A stretch of 64,000 nt of DNA. Source: the human T2T-CHM13v2.0 reference genome, Homo sapiens. Below are positions 14,785 through 28,800 of this stretch, one piece after another. The DNA is taken from the NCBI RefSeq assembly GCF_009914755.1, contig NC_060933.1, one strand, 5' to 3'. The stretch's first letter is position 1; every line of letters starts with the position of its first letter. Under the pieces are notes generated by a model. The model saw nothing but the letters and a program-made list of their open reading frames with translations. It searched no databases and was not told the origin of the DNA. The translations under genes were made by a program, and so were the position numbers.

Positions 14785-16200
14785 CCGTTGTACTCGGGTT
14801 GATTCGTTTCCATTGCATTCCATTCCATTCTATTCCATTCCAGTCCGTTGCTTTCCATTCCATTACATTCGGGTTGATTCTATTCAACTCCCTTACTCTC
14901 CATTACATTCCATTCCATTCGGGTTGTTCCATTCCATTCCATTCCATTCCATTCCATTCCATTCCATTCCATTGCACTCGGGTTGATTCCATTCCATTCC
15001 ATTCCATTCCATTCCATTCCATTCCATTCCATTCCGGATGATTCCATTCCATTGCATTCCGTTCCATTACATTCCCCTGCACTCGCGTTGATTCCATTCC
15101 ATTCCATTCCATTCCATTCCATTACAATTCTTTCCATTCCATTCTATTCCGTACCATTCCTTTCCATTCCATACCATTCCATTCCATTCCATTCCATTCC
15201 ATTCCGTTCCATTCCGTTCCATTCCGTTCCATTCCATTCCATTCTATTCGGGTTAATTCCATTCCATTCCATTCCATTCCATTCTATTCCATTCCATTGC
15301 AATCGAATTGAATCCATTGCATTTCATTCCATTCCATTCCATTCCATTCCATTCCATTCCGGAAGATTCCATTCCATTGCATTCCATTCCATTCCATTCC
15401 CCTGCACTCGCGTTGATTCCATTCCATTTCATTCCATTCCATTCCATTCCATTCCATTCCGTTCCGTTCCGTTCCATTCCATTCCGTTGTACTCGGGTTG
15501 ATTCCTTTCCATTGCATTCCATTCCATTCTATTCCATTCCAGTCCGTTGCATTCCATTCCATTACATTCGGATTGATTCTATTCAACTCCCTTACTCTCC
15601 ATTACATTCCATTCCATTCGGGTTGTTCCATTCCATTCCATTCCATTCCATTCCATTCCATTCCATTCCATTGCACTCGGGTTGATTCCATTCCATTCCA
15701 TTCCATTCCATTCCATTCCATTCCATTCCATTCCGGATGATTCCATTCCATTGCATTCCGTTCCATTACATTCCCCTGCACTCGCGTTGATTCCAATCCA
15801 TTCCATTCCATTCCATTCCATTCCATTCCATTCCATTACAATTCGTTCCATTCCATTCTATTCCGTACCATTGCTTTCCATTCCATACCATTCCATTCCA
15901 TTCCATTCCATTCCATTCCGTTCCATTCCGTTCCATTCCGTTCCATTCCATTCCATTCTCTTCGGGTTAATTCCATTCCATTCCATTCCATTCCATTCTA
16001 TTCCATTCCATTGCAATCGAATTGAATCCATTGCATTTCATTCCATTCCATTCCATTCCATTCCATTCCGGAAGATTCCATTCCATTGCATTCCATTCCA
16101 TTCCATTCCCCTGCACTCGCGTTGATTCCATTCCATTTCATTCCATTCCATTCCATTCCATTCCATTCCGTTCCGTTCCGTTCCATTCCATTCCATTCCA
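14785..16200 (+). repeat. ~700 bp tandem duplication
   Basis: CCGTTGTACTCGGG at 14785/15484, CCAGTCCGTTG at 14840/15539, and the variant AATCGAATTG at 15301/16015. Near-identical ORF translations start at 14799 and 15498. Confidence 0.85.
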
Positions 16201-18099
16201 TTCCATTCCATTCCGTTCCGTTCCGTTCCGTTCCATTCCATTCCATTCCATTCTATTCGGGTTAACTCCAATCCATTCCATTCGATTGCAATCGTGTTGA
16301 TTCCATTCCATTCCATTCAATTCCATTCCGTTCCATTCCATTCCATTACATTCGGATTGATTCTATTCAACTCCCTTAGTCTCCATTACATTCCATTCCA
16401 TTCGGGTTGTTCCATTCCATTCCATTCCATTCCACTCCATTCCATTGCACTCGGGTTTATTCCATTCCATTCCATTCCATTCCATTCAATTCAATTCCAT
16501 TCCGGAAGATTCCATTCCATTGCATTGCATTCCATTCCATTCCCCTGCACTAGCGTTGATTCCAATCCATTCCATTCCATTCCATTCCATTCCATTCCAT
16601 TCCATTCCATTCCATTCCATTCCATTCCTTTCCAATCCATTCCATTCCATTCCATTCCATTCCGTTCCGTTCCGTTCCGTTCCGTTCCATTCCATTCCAT
16701 TCCATTCTATTCGGTTAATTCCATTCCATTCCATTCGATTGCAATCGAGTTGATTCCATTCCATTCCATTCCATTCCATTCCATTCCATTCCATTCCATT
16801 CCTTTCCATTCCATTACGGAAGATTCCATTCCATTGCATTCCATTCCATTCCATTCCCCTGTACTCGGGTTGATTCCATTCCATTCCATTCCAATCCATG
16901 CCATTCCAATCGTGTTGATTCCATTCTTTCCATTCCATTCAAGTTGAATCCATTCCATTGCATTCAATTCCATTCCATTCCCCTGCAGTCGGGTTGATTC
17001 CATTCCATTCCATTCCATTCCATTCCATTACATTCCATTCCATTCCAATCAAGTTGATTCCATTCCATTCCATTCCATTCCATTCCATTCCATTCCACTC
17101 CATTCCAGTCCTTTCCATTCCATTCCACTCGGGTTGATTCCAATGTATTCCTTTCCATTCCATTCCATTCCATTGCAATCGAGTTGATTCCATTGCTTTG
17201 CATTCCATTCCATTCCATTCCATTCCTGATGATTCCATTCCATTGCATTCCATTCCATTCCATTCCCCTGCACTCGGGTTGATTCCATTCCATTCCACTC
17301 CATTCCATTCCATTCCATTCCATTATATTGTATTCGGGTTAATTCCATTCCATTCCGTTCCATTCCATTCCATTCCGTTACAATCGAGTTGATTCCATTC
17401 CATTCCATTCCATTCCAGTCCTTTCCATTCCAATCCACTCGGGTTGATTCCATTCTATTAGTTTCCATTCCATTCCATTCCCTTCCATTCCACTCTGGTT
17501 GATTCCATTCCTTTCCATTCCACTCGAATACATTCCCACTTATTCCACTCGGAACGATTCCATTCCATTCCATTCCATTCCATTCCATTCCATTCCATTC
17601 CATTCCATTTCGTTCCATTCCATTCTATTCCGTATCATTCCATTCCATTCCATTCCATTCCATTCCATTCCATTCCATTCCATTCCATTGTACTCGGGTT
17701 GATTCCATTCCATTGCATTCCATTCCATTCCATTCCATTCCATTCCGTTGCATTCCATTCCATTACATTAGGATTGATACTATTCAACTCCCTTACTCTC
17801 CATTACATTCCATTCCATTCGGGTTGTTCCATTCCATTCCATTCCATTCCACTCCATTCCATTGCACTCGGGTTGATTCCATTCCATTCCATTCCATTCC
17901 ATTCCATTCCGGATGATTCCATTCCATTGCATTCCGTTCCATTACATTCCCCTGCACTCGCGTTGATTCCATTCCATTCCATTCCATTCCATTCCATTCC
18001 ATTCCATTCCATTCCATTCCTTTCCGTTCCATTCCATTCCATTCCATTCCATTCCAATCCATTCCGTTCCGTTCCGTTCCGTTCCATTCCATTCCATTC

Positions 18100-21000
18100 C
18101 ATTCTTTTCGGTTAATTCCATTCCATTCCATTCGATTGCAATCGAGTTGATTCCATTCCATTCTATTCCATTCCATTCCATTCCATTCCTTTCCTTTCCA
18201 TTCCATTACGGATGATTCCATTCCATTGCATTCCATTCCGTTCCATTCCCCTGTACTCGGGTTGATTCCATTCCATTCCATTCCACTCCATTCGGTTCCG
18301 TTGCATTCCATTCTTTTGCATTCCATTCTATTCGCGTTAATTCCATTCCATTCTATTCCATTCCATTCCATTCCATCCCATTGCAATGGAGTTGATTCCA
18401 TTCCATTCCATTCCATTCCGGATGATTCCATTCCATTGCATTCCATTCCATTCCATTCCCCTGCACTCGTGTTCATTCCATTCCGTTCCATTTCATTCCA
18501 TTCCATTCTATTCCGGTTAATTCCATTCCATTCCATTCCATTCCATTCCATTCCATTGCAATCGAGTTGATTCCATTCCATTCCTTTCCATTCCATTCCA
18601 TTGCCTTGCATTCCACTCGGGTTGATTCCATTCCCTTCTTTCCACTCCGTTACATTCCCTTCCATTGCACTCGGAATGATTGATTCCATTCCATTCCATT
18701 CCATTTCATTCCATTTCAATCCATTGCAATCCATTCCATTCCATTCCATTGCACTCGAGTTGACTTCATTCCATTCCTTTCCATTCCATTCCATTCCTTT
18801 CCACTCGAGTTGATTCCATTCCATTCCATTCCATTGCATTCCATTCCATGCCATTCCACTCGGGTTGATTCCATTCCTTTGCATTCCATTCCATTCCATT
18901 CCATTCCATTCCATTCCGTTGCATTCCATTCCATTACATTCGGATTGATTCTATTCAACTCCCTTACTCTCCATTACATTCCATTCCATTCGGGTTGTTC
19001 CATTCCATTCCATTCCATTCCACTCCATTCCATTGCACTCGGGTTGATTCCATTCCATTCCATTCCATTCCATTCCATTCCGGATGATTCCATTCCATTA
19101 CATTCCGTTCCATTACATTCCCCTCCACTCGCGTTGATTCCATTCCATTCCATTCCATTCCATTCAATTCCATTCCATTACAATTCGTTCCATTCCATTC
19201 TATTCCGTACCATTCCATTCCATTCCATACCATTCCATTCTATTCCATTCCATTCCATTCCATTCCATTCCGTTCCATTCCGTTCCATTCCATTCCATTA
19301 CATTCTATTCGGGTTAATTCCATTCCATTCCATTCCATCCCATTCTATTACATTCCATTGCAATCGAGTTGAATCCATTGCATTTCATTCCATTCCATTC
19401 CATTCCATTCCATTCCGGAAGATTCCATTCCATTGCATTCCATTCCATTCCATTCCCCTGCACTCGCGTTGATTCCATTCCATTCCATTCCATTCCATTC
19501 CATTCCATTCCATTCCGTTCCGTTCCATTCCATTCCATTCCATTCTATTCGGGTTAATTCCATTCCATTCCATTCGATTGCAATCGAGTTGATTCCATTC
19601 CATTCCATTCCATTCCATTCCATTCCATTCCATTCCATTCCTTTCCATTCCATTACGGATGATTCCATTCCATTGCATTCCATTCCATTCCATTCCCCTG
19701 TACTCGGGTTGATTCCATTCCATTGCATTCCAATCCATGCCCTTCCACTCGTGTTGATTCCATTCTTTCCATTCCATTCAAGTTGAATCCATTCCATTGC
19801 ATTCCATCCCATTCGATTCCATTCGATTGCACTCGGGTTGATTCCATTCCATTGCATTCCATTCCATTCCATTCCATTCCATTCCATTCCATTCCATTCC
19901 GTTCCATTCCATTCCATTACATTCGGATTGATTCTATTCAATTCCGTTACACTCCATTACATTCCATTCCATTCGGGTAGTTTCCATTCCATTCCATTCC
20001 ATTCCATTCCTCTCCATTCCATTGCACTCCGGTTGATTCCATTCCATTGCATTCAATTCCATTCCATTCAATTCTATTCCGTTCCATTCCATTCCATTAC
20101 ATTCGGATTGATGCTATTCAACTCCCTTACTCTCCATTACATTCCATTCCATTCGGGTTGTTCCATTCCATTCCATTCCAATCCACTCCATTCCATTGCA
20201 CTCGGGTTTATTCCATTCCATTCCATTCCATTCCATTCCATTCCATTCCATTCCGTTCCATTCCATTCCATTACATTCGGATTGATTCTATTCAATTCCC
20301 TTACACTCCATTACATTCCATTCCATTCGGGTAGTTTCCATTCCATTCCATTCCATTCCTCTCCATTCCATTGCACTCGGGTTGATTCCATTCCATTGCA
20401 TTCCATTCCATTCCATTCAATTCCATTCCGTTCCATTGCATTCCATTACATTCGGATTGATTCTATTCAACTCCCTTACTCTCCATTACATTCCATTCAA
20501 TTCGGGTTCTTCCATTCCATTCCATTCCATTCCACTCCATTCCATTGCACTCGGGTTTATTCCATTCCATTCCATTCCATTCCATTCCATTCCATTCCAT
20601 TGCATTCCGGAAGATTCCATTCCATTGCATTCCATTCCATTCGATTCCCCTGCACTCGCGTTGATTCCATTCCATTCCATTCCATTCCATTCCATTCCAT
20701 TCCATTCCGTTCCATTCCATTCCATTCCATTCCATTCCAATCCATTCCATTCCGTTCCGTTCTGTTCCATTCCATTCCATTCCATTCTTTTCGGTTAATT
20801 CCATTCCATTCCATTCGATTGCAATCGAGTTGATTCCTTTCCATTCCATTCCATTCCATTCCATTCCTTTCCTTTCCATTCCATTACAGATGATTCCATT
20901 ACATTGCATTCCATTCCATTCCATTCCCCTGTACTCGGGTTGATTCCATTCCATTCCATTCCAATCCATGCCATTCCACTCGTGTTGTTTCCATTCTTTC

Positions 21001-22800
21001 CATTCCATTCAAGTTGAATCCATTCCATTGCATTCCATTCCATTAGATTCCATTCGATTGCACTCGGGTTGATTCCATTCCATTGCATTCCATTCCATTC
21101 CATTTCATTCCATTCCATTCCATTCCATTCCGTTCCGTTCCATTCCATTCCATTCCATTCCATTCCGTTCCGTTCCGTTCCATTCCATTCCATTCCGTTC
21201 TGTTCCATTCCATTCCATTCCATTCTATTCGGTTTAATTCCATTCCATTCCATTCGATTGCCATCGAGTTGATTCCATTCCATTCCATTCCATTCCATTC
21301 CATTCCATTCCTTTCCATTCCATTACGGATTACTCCATTCCATTGCATTCCATTCCATTCCATTCCCCTGTACTCGGGTTGATTCCATTCCATTCCATTC
21401 CACTCCATTCGGTTCCGTTGCATTCCATTCTATTGCATTCCATTCTATTCGGGTTAATTCCATTCCATTCTATTCCATTCCATTCCATTCCATCCCATTG
21501 CAATGGAGTTGATTCCATTCCATTCCATTCCATTCCGGATGATTCCATTCAATTGCATTCCATTCCATTCCATTCCATTCCATTCCATTCCATTGCAATC
21601 GAGTTGATTCCATTCCATTCCTTTCCATTCCATTCCATTGCCTTGCATTCCACTCGGGTTGATTCCATTCCCTTCTTTCCACTCCATTACATTCCCTTCC
21701 ATTCCACTCGGAATGATTGATTCCATTCCATTCCATTCCATTTCATTCCATTGCAATCCATTCCAATCCATTCCATTCCATTCCATTCCACTCGAGTTGA
21801 CTTCATTCCATTCCTTTCCATTCCATTCCATTCCTTTCCACTCGAGTTGATTCCATTCCATTCCATTCCATTGCATTCCATTCCATGCCATTGTACTCGG
21901 GTTGATTCCATTCCTTTGTATTCCATTCCATTCCATTCCATTCCATTCCATTCCGTTGCATTCCATTCCATTACATTCGGATTGATTCTATTCAACTCCC
22001 TTACTCTCCATTACATTCCATTCCATTCGGGTTGTTCCATTCCATTCCATTCCATTCCACTCCATTCCATTGCACTCGGGTTGATTCCATTCCATTCCAT
22101 TCCATTCCATTCCATTCCGGATGATTCCATTCCATTACATTCCGTTCCATTACATTCCCCTGCACTCGCGTTGATTCCATTCCATTCCATTCCATTCCAT
22201 TCCATTCCATTCCATTCAATTCCATTCCATTACAATTCGTTCCATTCCATTCTATTCCGTACCATTCCATTCCATTCCATACCATTCCATTCTATTCCAT
22301 TCCATTCCATTCCATTCCATTCCGTTCCATTCCGTTCCATTCCATTCCATTCCATTCTATTCGGGTTAATTCCATTCCATTCCATTCCATCCCATTCTAT
22401 TACATTCCATTGCAATCGAGTTGAATCCATTGCATTTCATTCCATTCCATTCCATTCCATTCCATTCCATTCCATTCCGTTCCGTTCCATTCCATTTCAT
22501 TCCATTCCATTCCATTCCGTTCCATTCCATTCCATTCCATTCCATTCTATTCGGGTTAATTCCATTCCATTCCATTCGATTGCAATCGAGTTGATTCCAT
22601 TCCATTCCATTCCATTCCATTCCATTCCATTCCTTTCCATTCCATTACGGATGATTCCATTCCATTGCATTCCATTCCATTCCATTCCCCTGTACTCGGG
22701 TTGATTCCATTCCATTGCATACCAATCCATGTCCTTCCACTCGTGTTGATTCCATTCTTTCCATTCCATTCAAGTTGAATCCATTCCATTGCATTCCATT
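18100..22800 (+). repeat. ~3.05-3.1 kb-offset duplication (~18.1-19.8 kb repeated at ~21.2-22.8 kb)
   Basis: Distinctive variants CATCCCATTGCAATGGAG at 18374/21491 and CATCCCATTCTATTACATT at 19336/22388, with the same module order. Confidence 0.75.
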
Positions 22801-25800
22801 CCGTTCCATTCCCCTGCAGTCGGGTTGACTCCATTCCATTCCATTCCATTCCATTCCATTCCATTCCATTCCGTTCCGTTCCGTTCCGTTCCGTTCCATT
22901 CCATTCCATTCTATTAGGGTTAATTCCATTCCATTCCATTCCATTCCATTCCATTCCACTCCATTCCAGTCCTTTCCATTCCATTCCACTCGTGTTGATT
23001 CCATTCCCTTCCATTCCATTCCATACCATTCCATTCCATTCTATTCCGTTCCATTCCGTTCCATTCCATTCCATTCCATTCTATTCGGATTAATTCCATT
23101 CCATTCCATTCCATTCCATTCTATTCCATTCCATTGCAATCGAGTTGAATCCATTGCATTTCATTCCATTCCATTCCATTCCATTCCATTCCGGAAGTTT
23201 CCATTCCATTGCATTCCATTCCATTCCATTCCATTCCGTTCCGTTCCATTCCATTCCATTCCATTCCGTTCCGTTCCATTCTATTCCATTCCATTCTATT
23301 CTGGTTAATTCCATTACATTCCATTCGATTGCAATCCAGTTGATTCCATTCCATTCCATTCCATTCCATTCCATTCCATTCCATTCCATTCCATTCCTTT
23401 CCTTTCCATTACGGATGATTCCATTCCATTGCATTCCATTCCATTCCATTCCCCTGTACTCGGGTTGATTCCATTCCATTCCATTCCAATCCATGCCATT
23501 CCACTCGTGTTGATTCCATTCTTTCCATTCCATTCAAGTTGAATCCATTCCATTGCATTCCATTCATTCGATTCCATTCGATTGCACTCGGGTTGATTCC
23601 ATTCCATTGCTTTCCATTCCATTCCATTCCATTCCATTCCATTCCGTTCCATTCCATTCCATTACATTCGGATTGATTCTATTCAATTCCCTTACACTCC
23701 ATTACATTCCATTCCATTCGGGTAGTTTCCATTCCATTCCATTCCATTCCTCTCCATTCCATTGCACTCGGGTTGATTCCATTCCATTGCATCCCATTCC
23801 ATTCCATTCAATACCATTCCGTTCCATTCCATTCCATTACATTCGAATTGATTCTATGCAACTCCCTTAGTCTCCATTACATTCCATTCCATTCGGGTTG
23901 TTCCATTCCATTCCATTCCATTCCACTCCATTCCATTGCACTCGGGTTTATTCCATTCCATTCCATTCCATTCCATTGCATTCCGGAAGATTCCATTCCA
24001 TTGCATTCCATTCCATTCGATTTCCCTGCACTCGCGTTGATTCCATTCCATTCCATTCCATTCCATTCCATTCCATTCCATTCCATTCCTTTCCGTTCCA
24101 TTCCACTCCATTCCATTCCATTCCAATCCATTCCATTCCGTTCCGTTCCGTTCCATTCCATTCCATTCCATTCTTTTCGGGTTAATTCCATTCCATTCCA
24201 TTCGATTGAAATCGAGTTGATTCCATTCCATTCCATTCCATTCCATTCCTTTCCTTTCCATTCCATTACGGATGATTCCATTCCATTGCATTCCATTCCA
24301 TTCCATTCCCCTGTACTCGGGTTGATTCCATTCCATTCCATTCCAATCCATGCCATTCCACTCGTGTTGTTTCCATTCTTTCCATTCCATTCAAGTTGAA
24401 TCCATTCCATTGCATTCCATTCCATTCGATTCCATTCGATTGCACTCGGGTTGATTCCATTCCATTGCATTCCATTCCATTCCATTTCATTCCATTCCAT
24501 TCCTTTCCATTCCATTCCATTCCATTCCATTCCATTGCAATCGAGTTGATTCCATTCCATTCCTTTCCATTCCATTCCATTGCCTTTCATTCCAGTCGGG
24601 TTGATTCCATTCCCTTCTTTCCACTCCATTACATTCCCTTCCATTCCACTCGGAATGATTGATTCCATTCCATTCCATTCCATTTCATTCCGTTGTAATC
24701 CATTCCAATCCATTCCATTCCATTCCATTCCACTCGAGTTGATTTCATTCCATTCCTTTCCATTCCATTCCATTCCTTTCCACTCGAGTTGATTCCATTG
24801 CATTCCATTCCCTTGCATTCCTTTCCATGCCATTCCACTCGGGTTGATTCCATTCCATTCCATTCCATTCCATTGCATTCCATTCCATTCCTTTCCCCTG
24901 CTCTCGGGTTGATTCCATTGCATTCCATTCCATTTAATTCCATTCCATTCCATTCCATTCCATTCCATTCCAATCCGTTCCATTCCATTCCATTCTATTC
25001 CATTGCAATCGACTTGATTCCATTCCATTCCATTCCATTCCATTCTATTCCATTCCATTCCATTCCATTCCATTTTTTTCCAATCCATTCTATTCCGAAC
25101 CATTCCATTCCATTCCATTGTTTTCCAATCCATTCTATTCCGAACCATTCCATTCCATTCCATTCCATTCCATTGCATTCCATTCCAGCCATTCCACTCG
25201 GGTTGATTCCATTCCTTTCCATTCCATTCGGGTTGAATCCATTCCACTCCATTCCATTCCATTCGAATCCATTCCATTGCACTCGGGTTGATTCCATTCC
25301 ATTCCATTCCATTCGATTGCATTCCATTCCATTCCATTCCGTTCCATTCCATTGCATTACATTCACATTGATTCTATTCAATTCCCTTACACTCCATTAT
25401 ATTCCAATCCATTCTGGTTGTTTCCATTCCATTCCATTCCATTTCACTCCATTCCATTGCACTCGGTTTGATTCCATTCCATTCCATTCCATTCCATTCC
25501 GGATGATTCCATTCCACTGCATTCCATTCCATTCCATTCCCCTGCACTCAGGTTGATTCCATTCCATTCCATTCCACTGCATTCGGTTCCGTTCCATTCC
25601 ATTCTATTGCATTCCATTCTATTCGGGTTAATTCCATTCCATTCTATTCCATTCCATTCCATTCCATTCCATTGTAATGGAGTTGATTCCATTCCATTCC
25701 ATTCCATTCCGGATGATTCCATTCCATTGCATTCCATTCCATTCCATTCCCCTGCACTCGTGTTGATTCCATTACCTTCCATTCCATTCCATTCCGTTCC

Positions 25801-28800
25801 ATTCCATTGCATTCCATTCTATTCCGGTTAATTCCATTCCATTCCATTCCATTCCATTCCATTCCATTGCAATCGAGTTGATTGCATTCCATTCCTTTCC
25901 ATTCCATTCCATTGCCTTGCATTCCAATCGGATTGATTCCATTCCCTTCTTTCCACTCCATTACATTCCCTTCCATTCCACTCGGAATGATTGATTCCAT
26001 TCCATTCCATTCCATTTCATTCCGTTGCAATCCATTCCAATCTATTCCATTCCATTCCATTCCACTCGAGTTGATTTCATACCATTCCTTTCCATTCCAT
26101 TCCATTCCTTTCCACTCGAGTTGATTCCATTCCATTCCATTCCATTGCATTCCATTCCATGCCATTCCACTTGGGTTGATTCCATTCCTTTGCATTCCGT
26201 TCCATTCCATTCCATTCCATTCCATTCCATTCCATTCCGTTGCATTCCATTCCATTACATTCGGATTGATTCTATTCAACTCCCTTACTCTCCATTACAT
26301 TACATTCCATTCGGGTTGTTCCATTCCATTCCATTCCATTCCGAATGATTCCATTCCATTGCATTCCATTCGATTACATTCCCCTGCACTCGCGTTGATT
26401 CCATTCCATTCCATTCCATTCCATTCTATTCCATTCTATTACAATTCGTTCCATTCCATTCTATTCCGTACCATTCCATTCCATTCCATACCATTCCATT
26501 CCATTCCATTCCATTCCATTCCATTCCGTTCCATTCCGTTCCATTCCATTCCATTTTATTCGGGTTAATTCCATTCCATTCCATTCCATTCCATTCTATT
26601 CCATTCCATTGCAATCGAGTTGAATCCATTGCATTTCATTCCATTCCATTCCATTCCATTGCATTCCGGAAGATTCCATTCCATTGCATTCCATTCCATT
26701 CCATTCCCCTGCACTCGCGTTGATTCCATTCCATTCCATTCCATTCCATTCAATTCCATTCCGTTCCGTTCCATTCCATTCCATTCCATTCCATTCCTTT
26801 CCATTCCATTACGGATGATTCCGTTCCATTGCATTCCATTCCATTCCATTCCCCTGTACTCGGGATGATTCCATTCCATTGCATTCCAATCCATGCCCTT
26901 CCACTCGTGTTGATTCCATTCTTTCCATTCCATTCAAGTTGAATCCATTCCATTGTATTCCATTCCATTCGATTCCATTCGATTGCACTCGGGTTGATTC
27001 CATTCCATTGCATTCCATTCCATTCCATTCCATTCCATTCCGTTCCATTCCATTCCATTACATTCGGATTGATTCTATTCAATTCCCTTACACTCCATTA
27101 CATTCCATTCCATTCGGGTAGTTTCCATTCCATTCCATTCCATTCCTCTCCATTCCATTGCACTCGGGTTCATTCCATTCCATTGCATTCCATTCCATTC
27201 CATTCAATTCCATTCCGTTCCATTCCATTCCATTACATTCGGATTGACTCTATTCAACTCCCTTACTCTCCATTACATTCCATTCCATTCGGGTTGTTCC
27301 ATTCCATGCCATTCCATTCCACTCCATTCCATTGCACTCGGGTTTATTCCATTCCATTCCATTCCATTCCATTCCACTCCATTCCATTCCGGAAGATTCC
27401 ATTCCATTGCATTCCATTCCATTCCATTCCCCTGCACTCGCGTTGATTCCATTCCATTCCATTCCATTCCATTCCATTCCATTCCATTCCTTTCCGTTCC
27501 ATTCCATTCCATTCCATTCCATTCCATTCCATTCCATTCCGTTCCGTTCCGTTCCGTTCCGTTCCATTCCATTCCATTCCATTCTATTCGGGTTAACTCC
27601 ATTCCATTCCATTCGATTGCAATCGAGTTAATTCCATTCCATTCCATTCCATTCCATTCCATTCCTTTCCATTCCATTACGGATGATTCCATTCCATTGC
27701 ATTCCATTCCATTCCATTCCCCTGTACTCGGGTTGATTCCATTCCATTCCATTCCAATCCATGCCATTCCACTCGTGTTGATTCCATTCTTTCCATTCCA
27801 TTCAAGTTGAATCCATTCCATTGCATTCCATTCCATTCCATTCCCCTGCAGTCGGGTTGACTCCATTCCATTCCATTCCATTCCGTTCCGTTCCGTTCCG
27901 TTCCATTCCATTCCATTCTATTCGGGTTAATTCCATTCCATTCCATTCCATTCCATTCCATTCCAATCGAGTTGATTCCATTCCATTCCATTCCATTCCA
28001 TTCCACTCCATTCCAGTCCTTTCCATTCCATTCCACTCGTGTTGATTCCATTCCCTTCCATTCCATTCCATACCATTCCATTCCATTCCATTCCGTTCCA
28101 TTCCGTTCCATTCCATTCCATTCCATTCTATTCGGATTAATTCCATTCCATTCCATTCCATTCCATTCTATTCCATTCCATTGCAATCGAGTTGAATCCA
28201 TTGCATTTCATTCCATTCCATTCCATTCCATTCCATTCCGGAAGTTTCCATTCCATTGCATTCCATTCCATTCCATTCCATTCCGTTCCGTTCCATTCCA
28301 TTCCATTCCATTCCGTTCCGTTCCATTCTATTCCATTCCATTCTATTCTGGTTAATTCCATTCCATTCCATTCGATTGCAATCGAGTTGATTCCATTCCA
28401 TTCCATTCCATTCCATTCCATTCCATTCCATTCCATTCCTTTCCATTCCATTACGGATGATTCCATTCCATTGCATTCCATTCCATTCCATTCCCCTGTA
28501 CTCGGGTTGATTCCATTCCATTCCATTCCAATCCATGCCATTCCACTCGTGTTGATTCCATTCTTTCCATTCCATTCAAGTTGAATCCATTCCATTGCAT
28601 TCCATTCATTCGATTCCATTCGATTGCACTCGGGTTGATTCCATTCCATTGCATTCCATTCCATTCCATTCCATTCCATTCCATTCCGTTCCATTCCATT
28701 CCATTACATTCGGATTGATTCTATTCAATTCCCTTACACTCCATTAAATTCCATTCCATTCGGGTAGTTTCCATTCCATTCCATTCCATTCCTCTCCATT

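Noticed and set aside
1058-18650. Possible ~8.8 kb periodicity (CCCTTCTTTCC module at ~1058, ~9784, ~18633)
   Set aside because: The intervening module order is not colinear and later spacings are irregular, so it is not supported without a dot-plot.
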